A DNA stretch of 64,000 bases. Origin: Patescibacteria group bacterium (lineage in GTDB: Bacteria; Patescibacteriota; Minisyncoccia; UBA6257; 2-01-FULL-56-20). The position numbers were made by a program, and so were the translations under genes. This document shows, one piece after another, positions 18,709 through 29,250 of this stretch (its first letter is position 1; every line of letters starts with the position of its first letter). Where the stretch lies: the NCBI GenBank assembly GCA_024654525.1, contig JANLHI010000032.1:172-64171 (forward strand), in the 5' to 3' direction. The notes under the pieces are model-generated. The model was not told the origin of the DNA. It saw only the letters and a list, made by a program, of their open reading frames with translations, and ran no database searches.

Positions 18709-20544
18709 ATGTCACGTATTACAAAAAATATTCTTTGGGCGATTGTGACCCTTCTCGTTATCTCGTTTGTATTCTCTCTATTTTCAAGCGAAATAGCATC
18801 CCCTGAAAAAATCAGCGTAAGCGAGCTTGCTCAAAAAATAGTTGCGGGAGAAGTACAAGAGATCACTATCAACGGTGATGATCTTGAAATAAAACTCCAA
18901 GGAGGATCAACCGCAATTACCAAAAAAGAAACAGAGGCTGGACTTACGGAAACTCTCAAAAATCTCGGCGTCTCTTCTGAGGCAATTCAAGGAATACATG
19001 TAAACATACAAAGTCCTTCGGGATTTCAATTCTGGGCGGGAATACTGATTCCCACATTGCTTCCCATACTCATCATCGGCTTCTTCTTCTGGCTTATGTT
19101 CCGCCAAGCACGCACCGGTGCAAATCAGGCGTTTAGTTTCGGCAAATCTAATATTCGCCTCACTACACTCGATAAGGAGAAAGTTCTTTTCAAGGATGTT
19201 GCGGGACTCAAAGAAGCAAAAGAAGAGCTTTTTGAAATTGTAGATTTCCTCAAAAATCCAAAAAAATTTCACGACCTTGGTGCGCGTATCCCCCGCGGAG
19301 TACTTCTTATGGGGTCTCCCGGTACGGGGAAAACGCTTATCGCGCGAGCAGTCGCGGGTGAAAGCAACGTTCCCTTTTTCCATATCTCCGCGTCGGAGTT
19401 CGTGGAGATGTTTGTGGGAGTGGGCGCCTCGCGTACACGCGATGCGTTTGCGGTTGCGAAAAAAGCATCCCCCGCAATCCTTTTTATTGATGAAATTGAT
19501 GCAGTCGGACGTCAGCGTGGCACAGGTGTAGGAGGAGGCAACGACGAGCGCGAACAAACTCTCAATCAAATTCTTGTGGAACTTGATGGCTTTGATCGCG
19601 ACACGCGTGTCATCGTACTTGCCGCAACAAACCGACCGGATGTATTGGATCCCGCGCTCCTTCGTCCAGGACGCTTTGATCGACGCGTAGTTCTTGATCT
19701 TCCTGACCTGAATGACCGCGAAGCGATCCTCAAAATTCACGCACAAGGAAAAATTCTTGCCACCGCAGTTGATTTGCGGAAAGTGGCGGTACGCACCCCC
19801 GGGTTCTCTGGCGCTGATCTTGCCAACTTGATGAATGAAGCGGCAATCCTCACCGCACGCGCAAATAAAAAACAAACCGGTCAAGATGAACTTTTCAGCG
19901 CGGTGGAAAAAGTACTTCTCGGTCCCGAACGCAAAAGCCGTGCCATCAGCCCGCGTGAAAAAGAAATCACCGCATATCACGAAGCAGGACACGCACTCAC
20001 TGCGGCGTCGCTTAAAAATGCAGATCCCGTGCATAAAGTATCCATCATCAGCCGCGGTATGGCAGGAGGGTATACTATGAAACTTCCGATAGAGGAACAA
20101 CATCTTCGCACACGCAACCAATTCCTAACCGACTTAATAATGATGCTTGGGGGTTACGTCTCCGAGAAACTTACCTTTGGAGACATTTCCACCGGTGCCT
20201 CAAACGACTTGAAACAGGCGACTGAACTTGCGCACCGATTGGTTACCAAATACGGCATGAGTGAAAAAATGGGACCTCAAACATTCGGGAAATCCGATGA
20301 AATGGTTTTCCTCGGAAGGGAAATTGTCGTAGAAAAAGATTATTCGGAAAAGATAGCGGCACAGATTGATGACGAGATTCGCTTTCTCATTACTCACGCA
20401 CATGAAAGCGCAAAGAAGATTTTGAGCACGCACAAAGCGGCGCTCAAAGCAATTGCCGTAACGCTTATCGAGAAAGAAACACTTGAACAGGAAGAGTTTT
20501 TGAATGTTTTGAAGCCGTTCAAGATTAAGCCGGTGAGCGCGTAA
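18709..20544 (+). CDS. ftsH: ATP-dependent zinc metalloprotease FtsH.
   Basis: 611 aa. Two N-terminal TM helices, Walker A GSPGTGKT, Walker [12 protein letters not shown] region, HEAGH zinc motif. Confidence 0.95.
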   Translation: MSRITKNILWAIVTLLVISFVFSLFSSEIASPEKISVSELAQKIVAGEVQEITINGDDLEIKLQGGSTAITKKETEAGLTETLKNLGVSSEAIQGIHVNIQSPSGFQFWAGILIPTLLPILIIGFFFWLMFRQARTGANQAFSFGKSNIRLTTLDKEKVLFKDVAGLKEAKEELFEIVDFLKNPKKFHDLGARIPRGVLLMGSPGTGKTLIARAVAGESNVPFFHISASEFVEMFVGVGASRTRDAFAVAKKASPAILFIDEIDAVGRQRGTGVGGGNDEREQTLNQILVELDGFDRDTRVIVLAATNRPDVLDPALLRPGRFDRRVVLDLPDLNDREAILKIHAQGKILATAVDLRKVAVRTPGFSGADLANLMNEAAILTARANKKQTGQDELFSAVEKVLLGPERKSRAISPREKEITAYHEAGHALTAASLKNADPVHKVSIISRGMAGGYTMKLPIEEQHLRTRNQFLTDLIMMLGGYVSEKLTFGDISTGASNDLKQATELAHRLVTKYGMSEKMGPQTFGKSDEMVFLGREIVVEKDYSEKIAAQIDDEIRFLITHAHESAKKILSTHKAALKAIAVTLIEKETLEQEEFLNVLKPFKIKPVSA

Positions 20545-20570
20545 CCTTTGCGTATGGTAGAATATCACCT

Positions 20571-21704
20571 ATGCGCCACAACCCGCAGAAGAGAGGAAAA
20601 AGAGCGCCTTGCGCGTTCTTTTTCTTTGCGCTCCTTCTCGTGATAAGCGGAGGAGTGTTTATAAGCGTGGATTATGCTCGCGCTCAAACCGCACAAGACA
20701 GGAAATCTTCCCTACTCTCATCTTCGGCTCCCTCGCCTAAAGTGAAAATCATCTTGGATGAATATACGAACGTTACGAAAGAAACGTATACCTGCGCAGA
20801 TGGATCTCAACAATGTCTTTTGTTTATTGAAAACCAAACTTCTATGGAAGACAAGGTTGTCTTTCACTACCAATACACTCCCGAGGATTCCAATGTCTTT
20901 AGGACCGAAATCAGGAGATACAGCGACGACTTTACGAATACATACCGGCGCGCGCAATGTGTGATTACTTCTCAATTTAATCAAACAACACGAAAGGGGC
21001 ATAGTACCAACATATGTAACGACCAAAAGGCACCAATATTTGATACGGATATTTCTTATGACCCTGCGTTTTCACTTCTATCTCCAAGTTTTTCAAAAGG
21101 CATTGGAAGTGCAAGTACAAAAGGATCACTATCCTCTCTCACAAAATATATTACCCGGAAAGATGTTACTGAGGATGGAAAAGCATATTTGATTCTTGAC
21201 GGCGGAGACCCCGATGTGTTCTATAACATTCCCCTTACCGTTTCCGCAGGAACTCTTATTTCTTCGCTCAGCGATGCAAATGTAGGGCAAACCATTAGAA
21301 TGGGTTATTTTGTTTCACGACCGATTCTCTGTAGTAAAATCAGGGTCGCAAATCAACCGGTAAAAGGGAATTGCGCCGTAGATGTTGTGGTGCGCGGACA
21401 AAGCAAAACCGATATTACTCCTTCTATCGAAAATGTTGCCTATTATGATTATTCCTTCTATCTTCCGACCGCAAACTTTGGTCAATCACGTCGTGGAGAA
21501 ATGAACTTTCCGTACTTTGAGCCCGAAATAGTGCCCGCGAACAAAGTTTCTAAAACAGCACGAGAAAGACCTTCCTCATTTTCTACCAATGCGGCCGTAC
21601 GACAACTTCAAATTCTCATCCAAACACTTCGTTCAAAAGTCAGGTCTATGCAAGTACAAATCGATCAGGCAGAGCGCATATATAACATGCGGCGCATCAA
21701 CTAA
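20571..21704 (+). CDS. Hypothetical secreted or membrane-anchored protein.
   Basis: 377 aa. N-terminal basic stretch plus hydrophobic helix (CAFFFFALLLVISGGVFISV). Ser/Thr-rich with a C-terminal coiled-coil-like segment. No known motif. Confidence 0.45.
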   Translation: MRHNPQKRGKRAPCAFFFFALLLVISGGVFISVDYARAQTAQDRKSSLLSSSAPSPKVKIILDEYTNVTKETYTCADGSQQCLLFIENQTSMEDKVVFHYQYTPEDSNVFRTEIRRYSDDFTNTYRRAQCVITSQFNQTTRKGHSTNICNDQKAPIFDTDISYDPAFSLLSPSFSKGIGSASTKGSLSSLTKYITRKDVTEDGKAYLILDGGDPDVFYNIPLTVSAGTLISSLSDANVGQTIRMGYFVSRPILCSKIRVANQPVKGNCAVDVVVRGQSKTDITPSIENVAYYDYSFYLPTANFGQSRRGEMNFPYFEPEIVPANKVSKTARERPSSFSTNAAVRQLQILIQTLRSKVRSMQVQIDQAERIYNMRRIN

Positions 21705-21725
21705 AACTCAAGGGGCTAAAAAGGG

Positions 21726-21799
21726 GTGGGTCAGGAAGGACTCGAACCTTCGATCGCCAAGGTATAAGCTTGGTGCTTTAGCCACTAAGCTACTGACCC
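21726..21799 (-). tRNA. tRNA-Ile with anticodon TAT (UAU), CCA not encoded.
   Basis: The reverse complement GGGTCAGtaGCTTagtggctaAAGCaCCAAGcTTATAcCTTGGcgatcGAAGGttcgagtCCTTCCTGACCCa folds with a 7-bp acceptor. Anticodon loop CTTATAC. Confidence 0.75.
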
Positions 21800-21804
21800 A
21801 TATC

Positions 21805-22395
21805 TCACTGCTTTATTATCGTATCAAACCGATCCATCGCTTGTCCGGCTTGGCTATTAAAAGAATTAATCGCTTGCGCCTCCGCATTAATCTGATTCAC
21901 CAACACCGCCACCTGCTTCGCTGCGCCTGGTATTCCACTGAAACGATCGCGAAGCGCTTGTAAAAGGTTGCTTAAATAGTTGCTGTAACTTATCAACCGG
22001 TTTAACAGTGCAAGCCGACTTGCAATTGATTCAAGTGCCGCTTGTCTTGCCTCAAACGATTGGATTCCCGAAAGTGCCTTTGTCATAATACTTATCTCAT
22101 CCGCAAGCGCCACCGCCTGCTCCCTGATATCTTGGCTCTTTTCCGTGGCGCCAAGCGTTATTGCAAGCGCTTCCGGAAAATCTCCTTTCTTATCAAGCTC
22201 GCTTATCTTTTCGAGACTCTTTGAAGAATCATTCGAAAGATTCACGATGTTTTGAGCAATAAGCGCGCCTCGAAGCCGCGCATCCTGAAATTCAGAGGGT
22301 ATATTTCCGGACGAAGAAAAAAGGCGACTTGCACCATATCCTCCCACCACAATAGCTATAAATACTATAAATAACTTAGTTCGTTGAGACATCAC
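21805..22395 (-). CDS. Hypothetical N-terminally membrane-anchored protein.
   Basis: 196 aa. TM helix LFIVFIAIVVGGYG, then an alpha-helical Ala/Leu/Gln-rich domain. No known motif. Confidence 0.45.
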   Translation of the reverse strand: MMSQRTKLFIVFIAIVVGGYGASRLFSSSGNIPSEFQDARLRGALIAQNIVNLSNDSSKSLEKISELDKKGDFPEALAITLGATEKSQDIREQAVALADEISIMTKALSGIQSFEARQAALESIASRLALLNRLISYSNYLSNLLQALRDRFSGIPGAAKQVAVLVNQINAEAQAINSFNSQAGQAMDRFDTIIKQ

Positions 22396-22856
22396 GTTGC
22401 ACTCTTTGTACCTTATTTCAAAAAAATCCGCAACATATGGATCTCTTTTTATAAAAACCGAATCATGCTACATAGCGCGGTATGATGGCGTAGTAATAAG
22501 AAACGTAGCTATTCGAAAGCATAAAAGAAAATTACGAGAAAATAGCTACTCCTCTACCATAATTAGTGCGTATCTCGGAATATCTAAAAATACACTGCGT
22601 GATTGATTTAGAGATAAACCTTTGCGCACGAGTGTATAGAATTTTAGAGGAAAACAACCGGATTACCACTCGAAAATTCTAGAAAGACTAAAATTGATCA
22701 TCTAGAAAATAAATCGTCAATAAATAAAAGAAAGTTGCCTTATGGGACCGCCCGCGTTACCATTGTGAACAGAAATGATTCCTCAAAAGGAGTGGGGGAC
22801 ACCGTGAAACAATGGGAGGGGGATTTCCCTGGCATCCTTTCACAAACACAACAACC

Positions 22857-22927
22857 GCGGGCGTAGTATAGTGGCAGTACGGAACCCTTCCAAGGTTCAG
22901 GTACGGGTTCGATCCCCGTCGCCCGCT
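22857..22927 (+). tRNA. tRNA-Gly (anticodon TCC), discriminator U73, CCA not encoded.
   Basis: Acceptor gcgggcg/cgcccgc, anticodon stem gaacc/ggttc with loop CTTCCAA, T-arm acggg-ttcgatc-cccgt. Confidence 0.85.
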
Positions 22928-22930
22928 CAC

Positions 22931-23446
22931 TTATTTGCTTGAAAAAAGTTTGATTGTTACCGCCACCTCCTCGGGAATACCATCGATACACGGGTATCGT
23001 TTTATTTCTTCCGCATTCACCCATGCATAATCGGTAAATGATCCCTGCTCCATCTTCACCTCACCACTCTTATAACGCGCAGCAAATTTAATAAGAATCG
23101 AGGGCGTTCCATCCGGGCGCACAAAAGCAGTGTTATTTATATATAAAAGCGGCAACTCAATCTCAATACCCGCCTCTTCTCGCACCTCTCTCCGCAAAAG
23201 ACCCTCCACGACATCCTCAAAATCCAACACATCACCATTGATCCTTGTCGGCTTTGAAATAGCGAGATCCTTCCACTCAAGCTTCCCACCCGGCACACAA
23301 TACCGCCCCGGATGCACCTTCTCTTCTTTGCTTCGTTTCAAAACAAGACACCGAGCATCACTCTCGCGATATACCACTACATTCGCAACAAAATAGAAAA
23401 GCTTTTCTAGCTTTGCATATTCAATACTTATTTTATCCGCAGGCAT
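22931..23446 (-). CDS. NUDIX hydrolase.
   Basis: 171 aa. Nudix box GGKLEWKD...EGLLRREVREEAGIEI. Confidence 0.75.
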   Translation of the reverse strand: MPADKISIEYAKLEKLFYFVANVVVYRESDARCLVLKRSKEEKVHPGRYCVPGGKLEWKDLAISKPTRINGDVLDFEDVVEGLLRREVREEAGIEIELPLLYINNTAFVRPDGTPSILIKFAARYKSGEVKMEQGSFTDYAWVNAEEIKRYPCIDGIPEEVAVTIKLFSSK

Positions 23447-24690
23447 TACTTTGCAATTTTCACTCTGAAAAAGTGACGTTTGCCGATTTGGACAACGTCT
23501 CCATCTTTAATATCGCCAATCGTTTCTTGCGGATTCACTACCTTCTTTTCATTTATTTTAAATCCTCCCTGCACCACAAGTCTCCGTGCTTCACTTTTAC
23601 TTTTTGTAACACCGGAAATCTCTACGAGTAGGGTGGGAGTTGTATTACTACTTAAAGTGTTTGGTGGAACAAGTAAAATTTCCAACTCGCCCGATAAATC
23701 TTTTTGCGAAAATAGTTTCTCCCACTTCTCACGAGCTCTCTCTGCATCCTTCTCACTGCAATACGTTTTTACAATCTCGGATGCCAATATAAGTTTGGCA
23801 TCTCGTGGATTGTCAAACTCAGAAAGTTTTTTAACCTCACCAAGAGACATACCAGTCGATAACTCAGCGACATTAGTTATCATCCCGTCCGGTAAAGCCA
23901 TCACGCGACCAAACATATTATCCGGTTCATCATCAAGATTCACTAAGCTCGCTTCAGTTTTACTCAATTTCTTCCCAGTACTCGAATCCACAAGCAATTT
24001 CACCGCAGCATAGAAACTCTCTAATTTCTTAGACTTCCTATCTTGATGCCGAAAACCACGACCAATACTCATATTAAATATTTGATCATTACCACCAATC
24101 TCCACATCAACATTAAGCTCTCTACTATCCCAGCCCTGCAAAAGAGGGTAAATAAATTCTCTTAGTTCTATTGATTTGCCCTGCGCTATTCTCTCCGTAA
24201 AGTCACGCCTTACTAGAAGATTCTGCACATTAAAAGCACCTAGTAAGTTATTGATAAAATCTTTTGCGGTCATTTTTTCAAACCACTCCGAGTTGCACCT
24301 TATTCGCGCAGGATTTTTCCCCTTAAAACTAAGTATGCGAGACGCCTGCTCTTTAAAGGTTTTCAAATTTTCTCTAACTTCCTCAGGCGAAAGGGGCTGT
24401 CGCGCAGCCATTTTATCAGTCGGATCTCCAATTCGAGCGGTAAAATCTCCTATAAGAAAAATTACCTTGTGACCAAGGTCTTGAAATCTGCGGAGCGTCC
24501 ACAAACCCACCGCATGACCAAGATGAAGATGTTGGCTAGTGGGATCAATACCAATATAGAAAGACAGTTGCCGTCCACTAAGCAACTCCTTCTCAAGCAC
24601 CTTACTTGAAGGACACACCTCATTAAGTGAGCGCGTAAGAGCCTCCCTCACAAGCACTTTATCTTTCTTTATCCCTATTCTACTTTCCAT
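23446..24690 (-). CDS. tyrS: Tyrosine--tRNA ligase.
   Basis: 414 aa. HLGH (HIGH motif) within YIGIDPTSQHLHLGHAVGL, KLSKT (KMSKS-type), C-terminal S4-like domain. Confidence 0.92.
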   Translation of the reverse strand: MESRIGIKKDKVLVREALTRSLNEVCPSSKVLEKELLSGRQLSFYIGIDPTSQHLHLGHAVGLWTLRRFQDLGHKVIFLIGDFTARIGDPTDKMAARQPLSPEEVRENLKTFKEQASRILSFKGKNPARIRCNSEWFEKMTAKDFINNLLGAFNVQNLLVRRDFTERIAQGKSIELREFIYPLLQGWDSRELNVDVEIGGNDQIFNMSIGRGFRHQDRKSKKLESFYAAVKLLVDSSTGKKLSKTEASLVNLDDEPDNMFGRVMALPDGMITNVAELSTGMSLGEVKKLSEFDNPRDAKLILASEIVKTYCSEKDAERAREKWEKLFSQKDLSGELEILLVPPNTLSSNTTPTLLVEISGVTKSKSEARRLVVQGGFKINEKKVVNPQETIGDIKDGDVVQIGKRHFFRVKIAK

Positions 24691-24713
24691 ATATTAACCT
24701 CAATTCTACAATG

Positions 24714-24738
24714 AAAACCCCGCTTCTCAAAAGCGGGG
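24714..24738 (-). terminator. Rho-independent terminator downstream of clpP on the minus strand.
   Basis: ccccgctt-ctcaaa-agcgggg stem-loop. On the minus strand it is followed by TTTT, the plus-strand aaaa at 24714-24717. Confidence 0.55.
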
Positions 24739-24767
24739 TGAATCATACGGCGAGTAAGAGTTCTTAC

Positions 24768-25349
24768 CTATGACTTCTTCACTATCTCATCTACCAGCCC
24801 ATATTCTTTCGCTTCCGCGGCAGTCATATAGAAATCGCGATCGGTATCTTTTTCAATTTTCCCTATCGCCTGACCGGTGTGTTTTGCGAGAATCTGATTA
24901 ATTTTGTCTTTTATCTTGATAATATGCCGTGCGGTAATCTCTACTTCAATCGCCTGTCCCTCCACACCCCCCATCACTTGGTGAAGTAAAATTTCCGAAT
25001 TTGGGAGCGCAAATCTTTTCCCTTTTTTTCCCGCACCAAGAAGCACCGCTCCCATGGATGCCGCCATGCCCACACACATCGTTACCACATCGGGCTTTAC
25101 GTATTGCATGGTGTCATAAATTGCGAGTCCTGCCGTTACCGATCCCCCAGGGCTGTTCAGATACAACTTGATATCTTTCTTTGCATCTTCGTGTTCGAGA
25201 AAAAGAAGTTGCGCGATCACGGTATTCGCCACCGAATCGGTTACCGGACCTCCCAAGAAAATAATTCGTTCTTTAAGAAGCCTCGAGTAGATATCATACG
25301 CACGCTCACCGTACTGCGATTTTTCAATTACTGTTGGTACAAGATTCAT
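24768..25349 (-). CDS. clpP: ATP-dependent Clp protease proteolytic subunit.
   Basis: 193 aa. [12 protein letters not shown] (active-site Ser), MGAVLLGAG, typical ClpP throughout. Confidence 0.93.
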   Translation of the reverse strand: MNLVPTVIEKSQYGERAYDIYSRLLKERIIFLGGPVTDSVANTVIAQLLFLEHEDAKKDIKLYLNSPGGSVTAGLAIYDTMQYVKPDVVTMCVGMAASMGAVLLGAGKKGKRFALPNSEILLHQVMGGVEGQAIEVEITARHIIKIKDKINQILAKHTGQAIGKIEKDTDRDFYMTAAEAKEYGLVDEIVKKS

Positions 25350-25391
25350 AATAATAAATATAAAGAATGGCGAATCAAGAATCCAGAAAGA

Positions 25392-27392
25392 TTAGAGAAA
25401 TGGCACGAGCAATAATGCGATGATATTAATAATTTTAATCACCGGATTGATTGCGGGTCCTGCAGTATCTTTATACGGATCACCCACCGTATCACCCGTC
25501 ACTGCCGCCTTATGAGCATCCGATCCTTTGCCTCCAAAATTCCCTTCTTCAATATACTTCTTCGCATTATCCCATGCCGCACCTCCGGAAGTCATCGAAA
25601 TCGCCACAAAAAGACCGGTGACAATCGATCCCAAAAGTAGTCCTCCTAGTGCCTTCGGCCCCATCATAAATGCGGTCGCAATCGGAATCACCACGGGCAA
25701 TAACGCAGGAATTATCATTTCCTTAATTGCCGCACGAGTCACAATATCCACACATTTCGCATAATCTGGTTTTGCCGTCCCCTCCATAATTCCCGGAATT
25801 TCCCGGAATTGACGTCGCACTTCTTGAACCACACTACTTGCCGCTTTCCCTACCGCATTCATTGAGATTGACGCGAAAAGATATGGGATCATTCCACCGA
25901 TAAGAAGTCCCGCGATAACTAATGGATCGCTCAAATCAAAAGTGATTCCCACATGAGAAAGTCCTATGTCATGTACATATGAAGCGAAAAGCACTACCGC
26001 CGCAAGACCCGCGGACCCAATTGCATATCCTTTCGTGATAGCTTTTGTTGTGTTCCCCACCGCATCAAGCGCGTCCGTAACTTCGCGCACCGAACTCGGA
26101 AGTCCCGCCATCTCGGCAATACCTCCCGCATTATCAGTGATAGGACCGAAGGCATCAATCGCAATAATAATTCCCGCCATCGAGAGCATGCTCATCACTG
26201 CAAGTGCGACACCATACAATCCCGAAACAGCGTATGACGTAAGAACTCCTCCCACAATGACAATCACTGGCAACGCCGTCGCTTCCATACCCACGGAAAG
26301 CCCCGCAATAATATTGGTACCATGTCCGGTTTCAGACGCATGCACAATGGCACGTACCGGCCTAAACTTTTTTGAGGTGTAGTATTCGGTAATAAGCACT
26401 ATAAGCGCCGTTACTATAATACCCACAAGCATCGGAACAAAGAGAGGCCAATAATCGAGTAAAATTTCCGAACTATTTATCGCTCCATCATAACGATCCG
26501 CAAGAAATCCAAATCCGATAAGAGACAAGATACTCGACGCAATAAGTCCTTTGTAGAGCGCGCCCATAATAGATCCCGATTTCCCCAAGCGCACAAACAA
26601 AAGCCCTATTACCGATGCGATAGCCGCGACGCCCCCCATCATAAGAGGAAGAAGTACCGCGATGGGAGAATCGGGAAAAGTGAGACTCCCAAGAATCATT
26701 GCCGCAATCGCCGTAACCGCATACGTCTCAAAAAGATCGGCCGCCATTCCCGCATCATCGCCGACATTATCTCCTACATTATCTGCAATTACCGCCGGGT
26801 TACGCGGATCGTCTTCGGGAATTCCTGCTTCCACCTTCCCCACAAGGTCAGCTCCCACATCCGCTCCTTTCGTAAAAATGCCACCTCCAAGCCGAGCAAA
26901 TAAAGAAATTAAACTTCCTCCAAACCCAAGACCAATCAATGCATGTATGTTGTGTGTCGCTGCATAAAATCCCGCAACAGAGATAAGCGCCAATCCTACC
27001 ACTAACATTCCGGTTACCGCTCCACCTTCAAATGCCACTGCGAGCGCACCTCTCAATCCTTGCTTTGCCGCTTCTGCTGTTTTTACATTTGCCCGAACTG
27101 ATATGTTCATTCCCACATACCCTGCAATCCCAGACGCCACCGCGCCCACCACAAATCCGATCATGGTGACAATATTAATAAATACACCGATAAGCACCGC
27201 AATTACCACCGCGACAATCGAAATCGTTGCGTATTGACGATTCAGATACGCTTTCGCTCCGGTACGAATCGCGCTCGCAATTTCTTCCATTTTTTCATCT
27301 CCTCCCGGACGTTTCATTATCCTCATCCCTAACCACAGCGCCGATACCACAGACACCACTCCCGCAAAAATTGAGAACCCTACTGAAGACAT
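25392..27392 (-). CDS. hppA: Membrane-bound proton/sodium-translocating pyrophosphatase.
   Basis: 666 aa polytopic. [36 protein letters not shown] signature motifs. Confidence 0.92.
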   Translation of the reverse strand: MSSVGFSIFAGVVSVVSALWLGMRIMKRPGGDEKMEEIASAIRTGAKAYLNRQYATISIVAVVIAVLIGVFINIVTMIGFVVGAVASGIAGYVGMNISVRANVKTAEAAKQGLRGALAVAFEGGAVTGMLVVGLALISVAGFYAATHNIHALIGLGFGGSLISLFARLGGGIFTKGADVGADLVGKVEAGIPEDDPRNPAVIADNVGDNVGDDAGMAADLFETYAVTAIAAMILGSLTFPDSPIAVLLPLMMGGVAAIASVIGLLFVRLGKSGSIMGALYKGLIASSILSLIGFGFLADRYDGAINSSEILLDYWPLFVPMLVGIIVTALIVLITEYYTSKKFRPVRAIVHASETGHGTNIIAGLSVGMEATALPVIVIVGGVLTSYAVSGLYGVALAVMSMLSMAGIIIAIDAFGPITDNAGGIAEMAGLPSSVREVTDALDAVGNTTKAITKGYAIGSAGLAAVVLFASYVHDIGLSHVGITFDLSDPLVIAGLLIGGMIPYLFASISMNAVGKAASSVVQEVRRQFREIPGIMEGTAKPDYAKCVDIVTRAAIKEMIIPALLPVVIPIATAFMMGPKALGGLLLGSIVTGLFVAISMTSGGAAWDNAKKYIEEGNFGGKGSDAHKAAVTGDTVGDPYKDTAGPAINPVIKIINIIALLLVPFL

Positions 27393-27443
27393 AGTGATTA
27401 AACGTGTAACTAAAATAAAAACGACTTTTAAAGATTTAAATGT

Positions 27444-28640
27444 TTATTCTTTTTCCTCTTTACCATCATTTACCTCCTCCTTCTCAATATCTACAACTCC
27501 CCCTTCCTGTGTTTCTTCGGGGCGAGTTTGCGAACGTACATCAAGCTTCCATCCGGTAAGCTTTGCGGCAAGTCGTACATTTTGTCCGCCTTTCCCGATT
27601 GCTAAACTTAACTGATCCTCCGGCACATATACGCGCGCTTCACGACGAGGCAACACCTCCACCGATTCCGCTTTCGCCGGAGAGAGAGAGTTACCAACAA
27701 ATTCCGCGGAATCTTCGGACCACTCTATAATATCCACTTTCTCCGCGCCAAGTTCATTTGTCACCGCCATCACTCTCGTACCTCTCTGTCCCACAAGCGC
27801 TCCTACCGGATCAACTCCTTCCGCTTTTGACGCAACCGCTATTTTAGTCCTGTGTCCCGCTTCGCGCGCGATTGCCTTAACTTCAACTATTCCCTCCGCA
27901 AGTTCCGGAACTTCAAGTTCGAAAAGTTTTGCTACAAATTTCGGATGTGCACGCGATAACACAATACCCGGTAGACGTGTATCCTCCTGCACCGCAAGCA
28001 CCAAGAATCGAAGTCTTTCTCCTGACCGATAATGTTCTCCGGGAATAGACTCGTTTGCGAACATCACTCCCACAGTTCTTCCTAAATCAATATACACATG
28101 TCCCCTCTCAAACCGTTGCACAATACCACTTATAATTTGTCCTTCTTTGTCTCTCCATTCCGAGAGAATAGAATCACGCTCCGACTCCCGAAGTTTTTGC
28201 AAAATAATCTGCTTTGCAGTCTGTGCGGCGATACGACTGAATTCATCGTGCATCTCGAGAGGAAAAAGCATCTCTTCTCCCACTTTTATACTCGGCTTCA
28301 CCTTCTTCGCTTCTTCGATAAGAACGTGGCGTTCCGGATTATAACGCGGTACCACTTCTCCTTCCTCCGGCATTTCTTCAACAACACGCCCCTCTTCGCC
28401 AACCTCATTTTCCACCATACGCACCGTGGTATCGTCCGCTACTGTTTTCGCCTGCCAAAATCGTAATTCACCCGTTTTCGAATCAAGCTTCGCTTTTATT
28501 ATTTCTCCTTTTGTCCCGTATTCTTTTTTATATGCAGCTGCAAGAGACGACTCAACCGCTTCAAGTACTCGATCAGGATCAAGTCCCTTCTCTTCCGCCA
28601 CTTGGCGTAACGCCCGTGAAATGTCTTTTATATTAAGCAT
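27444..28640 (-). CDS. nusA: Transcription termination/antitermination factor NusA.
   Basis: 398 aa. N-terminal domain, S1 domain, tandem KH domains (VDIIEW, LAIGKGGQNVRLAAKLTGWKLDV), acidic C-terminal tail. Confidence 0.92.
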   Translation of the reverse strand: MLNIKDISRALRQVAEEKGLDPDRVLEAVESSLAAAYKKEYGTKGEIIKAKLDSKTGELRFWQAKTVADDTTVRMVENEVGEEGRVVEEMPEEGEVVPRYNPERHVLIEEAKKVKPSIKVGEEMLFPLEMHDEFSRIAAQTAKQIILQKLRESERDSILSEWRDKEGQIISGIVQRFERGHVYIDLGRTVGVMFANESIPGEHYRSGERLRFLVLAVQEDTRLPGIVLSRAHPKFVAKLFELEVPELAEGIVEVKAIAREAGHRTKIAVASKAEGVDPVGALVGQRGTRVMAVTNELGAEKVDIIEWSEDSAEFVGNSLSPAKAESVEVLPRREARVYVPEDQLSLAIGKGGQNVRLAAKLTGWKLDVRSQTRPEETQEGGVVDIEKEEVNDGKEEKE

Positions 28641-28828
28641 GACTTTTTGTAATCTACTTCAAATAGTACTCCCCTGATTCATCCCACGCTACTCATATTG
28701 CCTGATATCACGAGAAGTCCGAAATAGATCTTTTTAATTTAAAAATTCCGCTTTCTGCGGAATCGATACTTCTCCACCATACCCCTTGTTTATATCGTTG
28801 TCAATGACAGTATTTTTACCATCAGTGC

Positions 28829-29194
28829 CTATCCAATATTTTCATAGTGAGTTATTTTAGGACCCTCTCCATCATCTACAACCGTCACTGCGACGAGATC
28901 TATTTGCCATCCCTCCCCCACCAGATCATCCCACTCGTTAGCAAATGCAGTACAAATCCTCCTTAATATACGAGTTTTCCTTGCGGTAACATTATCCTCC
29001 GGAGAGAGAGCTCCCAACCGCATGGTCTTTACCTCCACAAAAACAAGGGGGCCTTTCTTTTTCTTGGCAATAATATCTATTTCCCCATACGGCTTTAAAT
29101 AATTCCTCTCAATAATCGAATATCCCTTTCCTTTAAGAAAATTTACTGCAATCTCTTCTCCCAACTTTCCTATTTCCCCACCTTTCATACCCAT
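28829..29194 (-). CDS. YraN/UPF0102-family putative endonuclease.
   Basis: 121 aa. [21 protein letters not shown]...[10 protein letters not shown]...LVFVEVKT is the YraN signature. Confidence 0.75.
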   Translation of the reverse strand: MGMKGGEIGKLGEEIAVNFLKGKGYSIIERNYLKPYGEIDIIAKKKKGPLVFVEVKTMRLGALSPEDNVTARKTRILRRICTAFANEWDDLVGEGWQIDLVAVTVVDDGEGPKITHYENIG

Positions 29195-29250
29195 ATAATA
29201 TCATTATTGCCGAAAATTTTTGTAATATGAATTAGATTTAAATTTCTTTC

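Noticed and set aside
18907-20121. 404-aa minus-strand ORF.
   Set aside because: Entirely antisense to ftsH, whose translation is unambiguous. Cys/Arg/Phe-rich junk composition.
21700-22930. The possibility that tRNA-Ile and tRNA-Gly flank an integrated mobile element or prophage.
   Set aside because: There is no integrase, no phage-like genes and no direct repeats of a tRNA 3' end. The intervening gene is a single hypothetical membrane protein.
22740-23024. 94-aa minus-strand ORF.
   Set aside because: It covers tRNA-Gly (22857..22927) and the start of the NUDIX gene, so it is spurious.
25528-27615. Plus-strand ORFs (78-138 aa) inside the hppA region.
   Set aside because: Antisense to the pyrophosphatase gene. 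Ala/Pro/Ser-rich shadow frames caused by the GC-skewed codon usage of a polytopic membrane protein.
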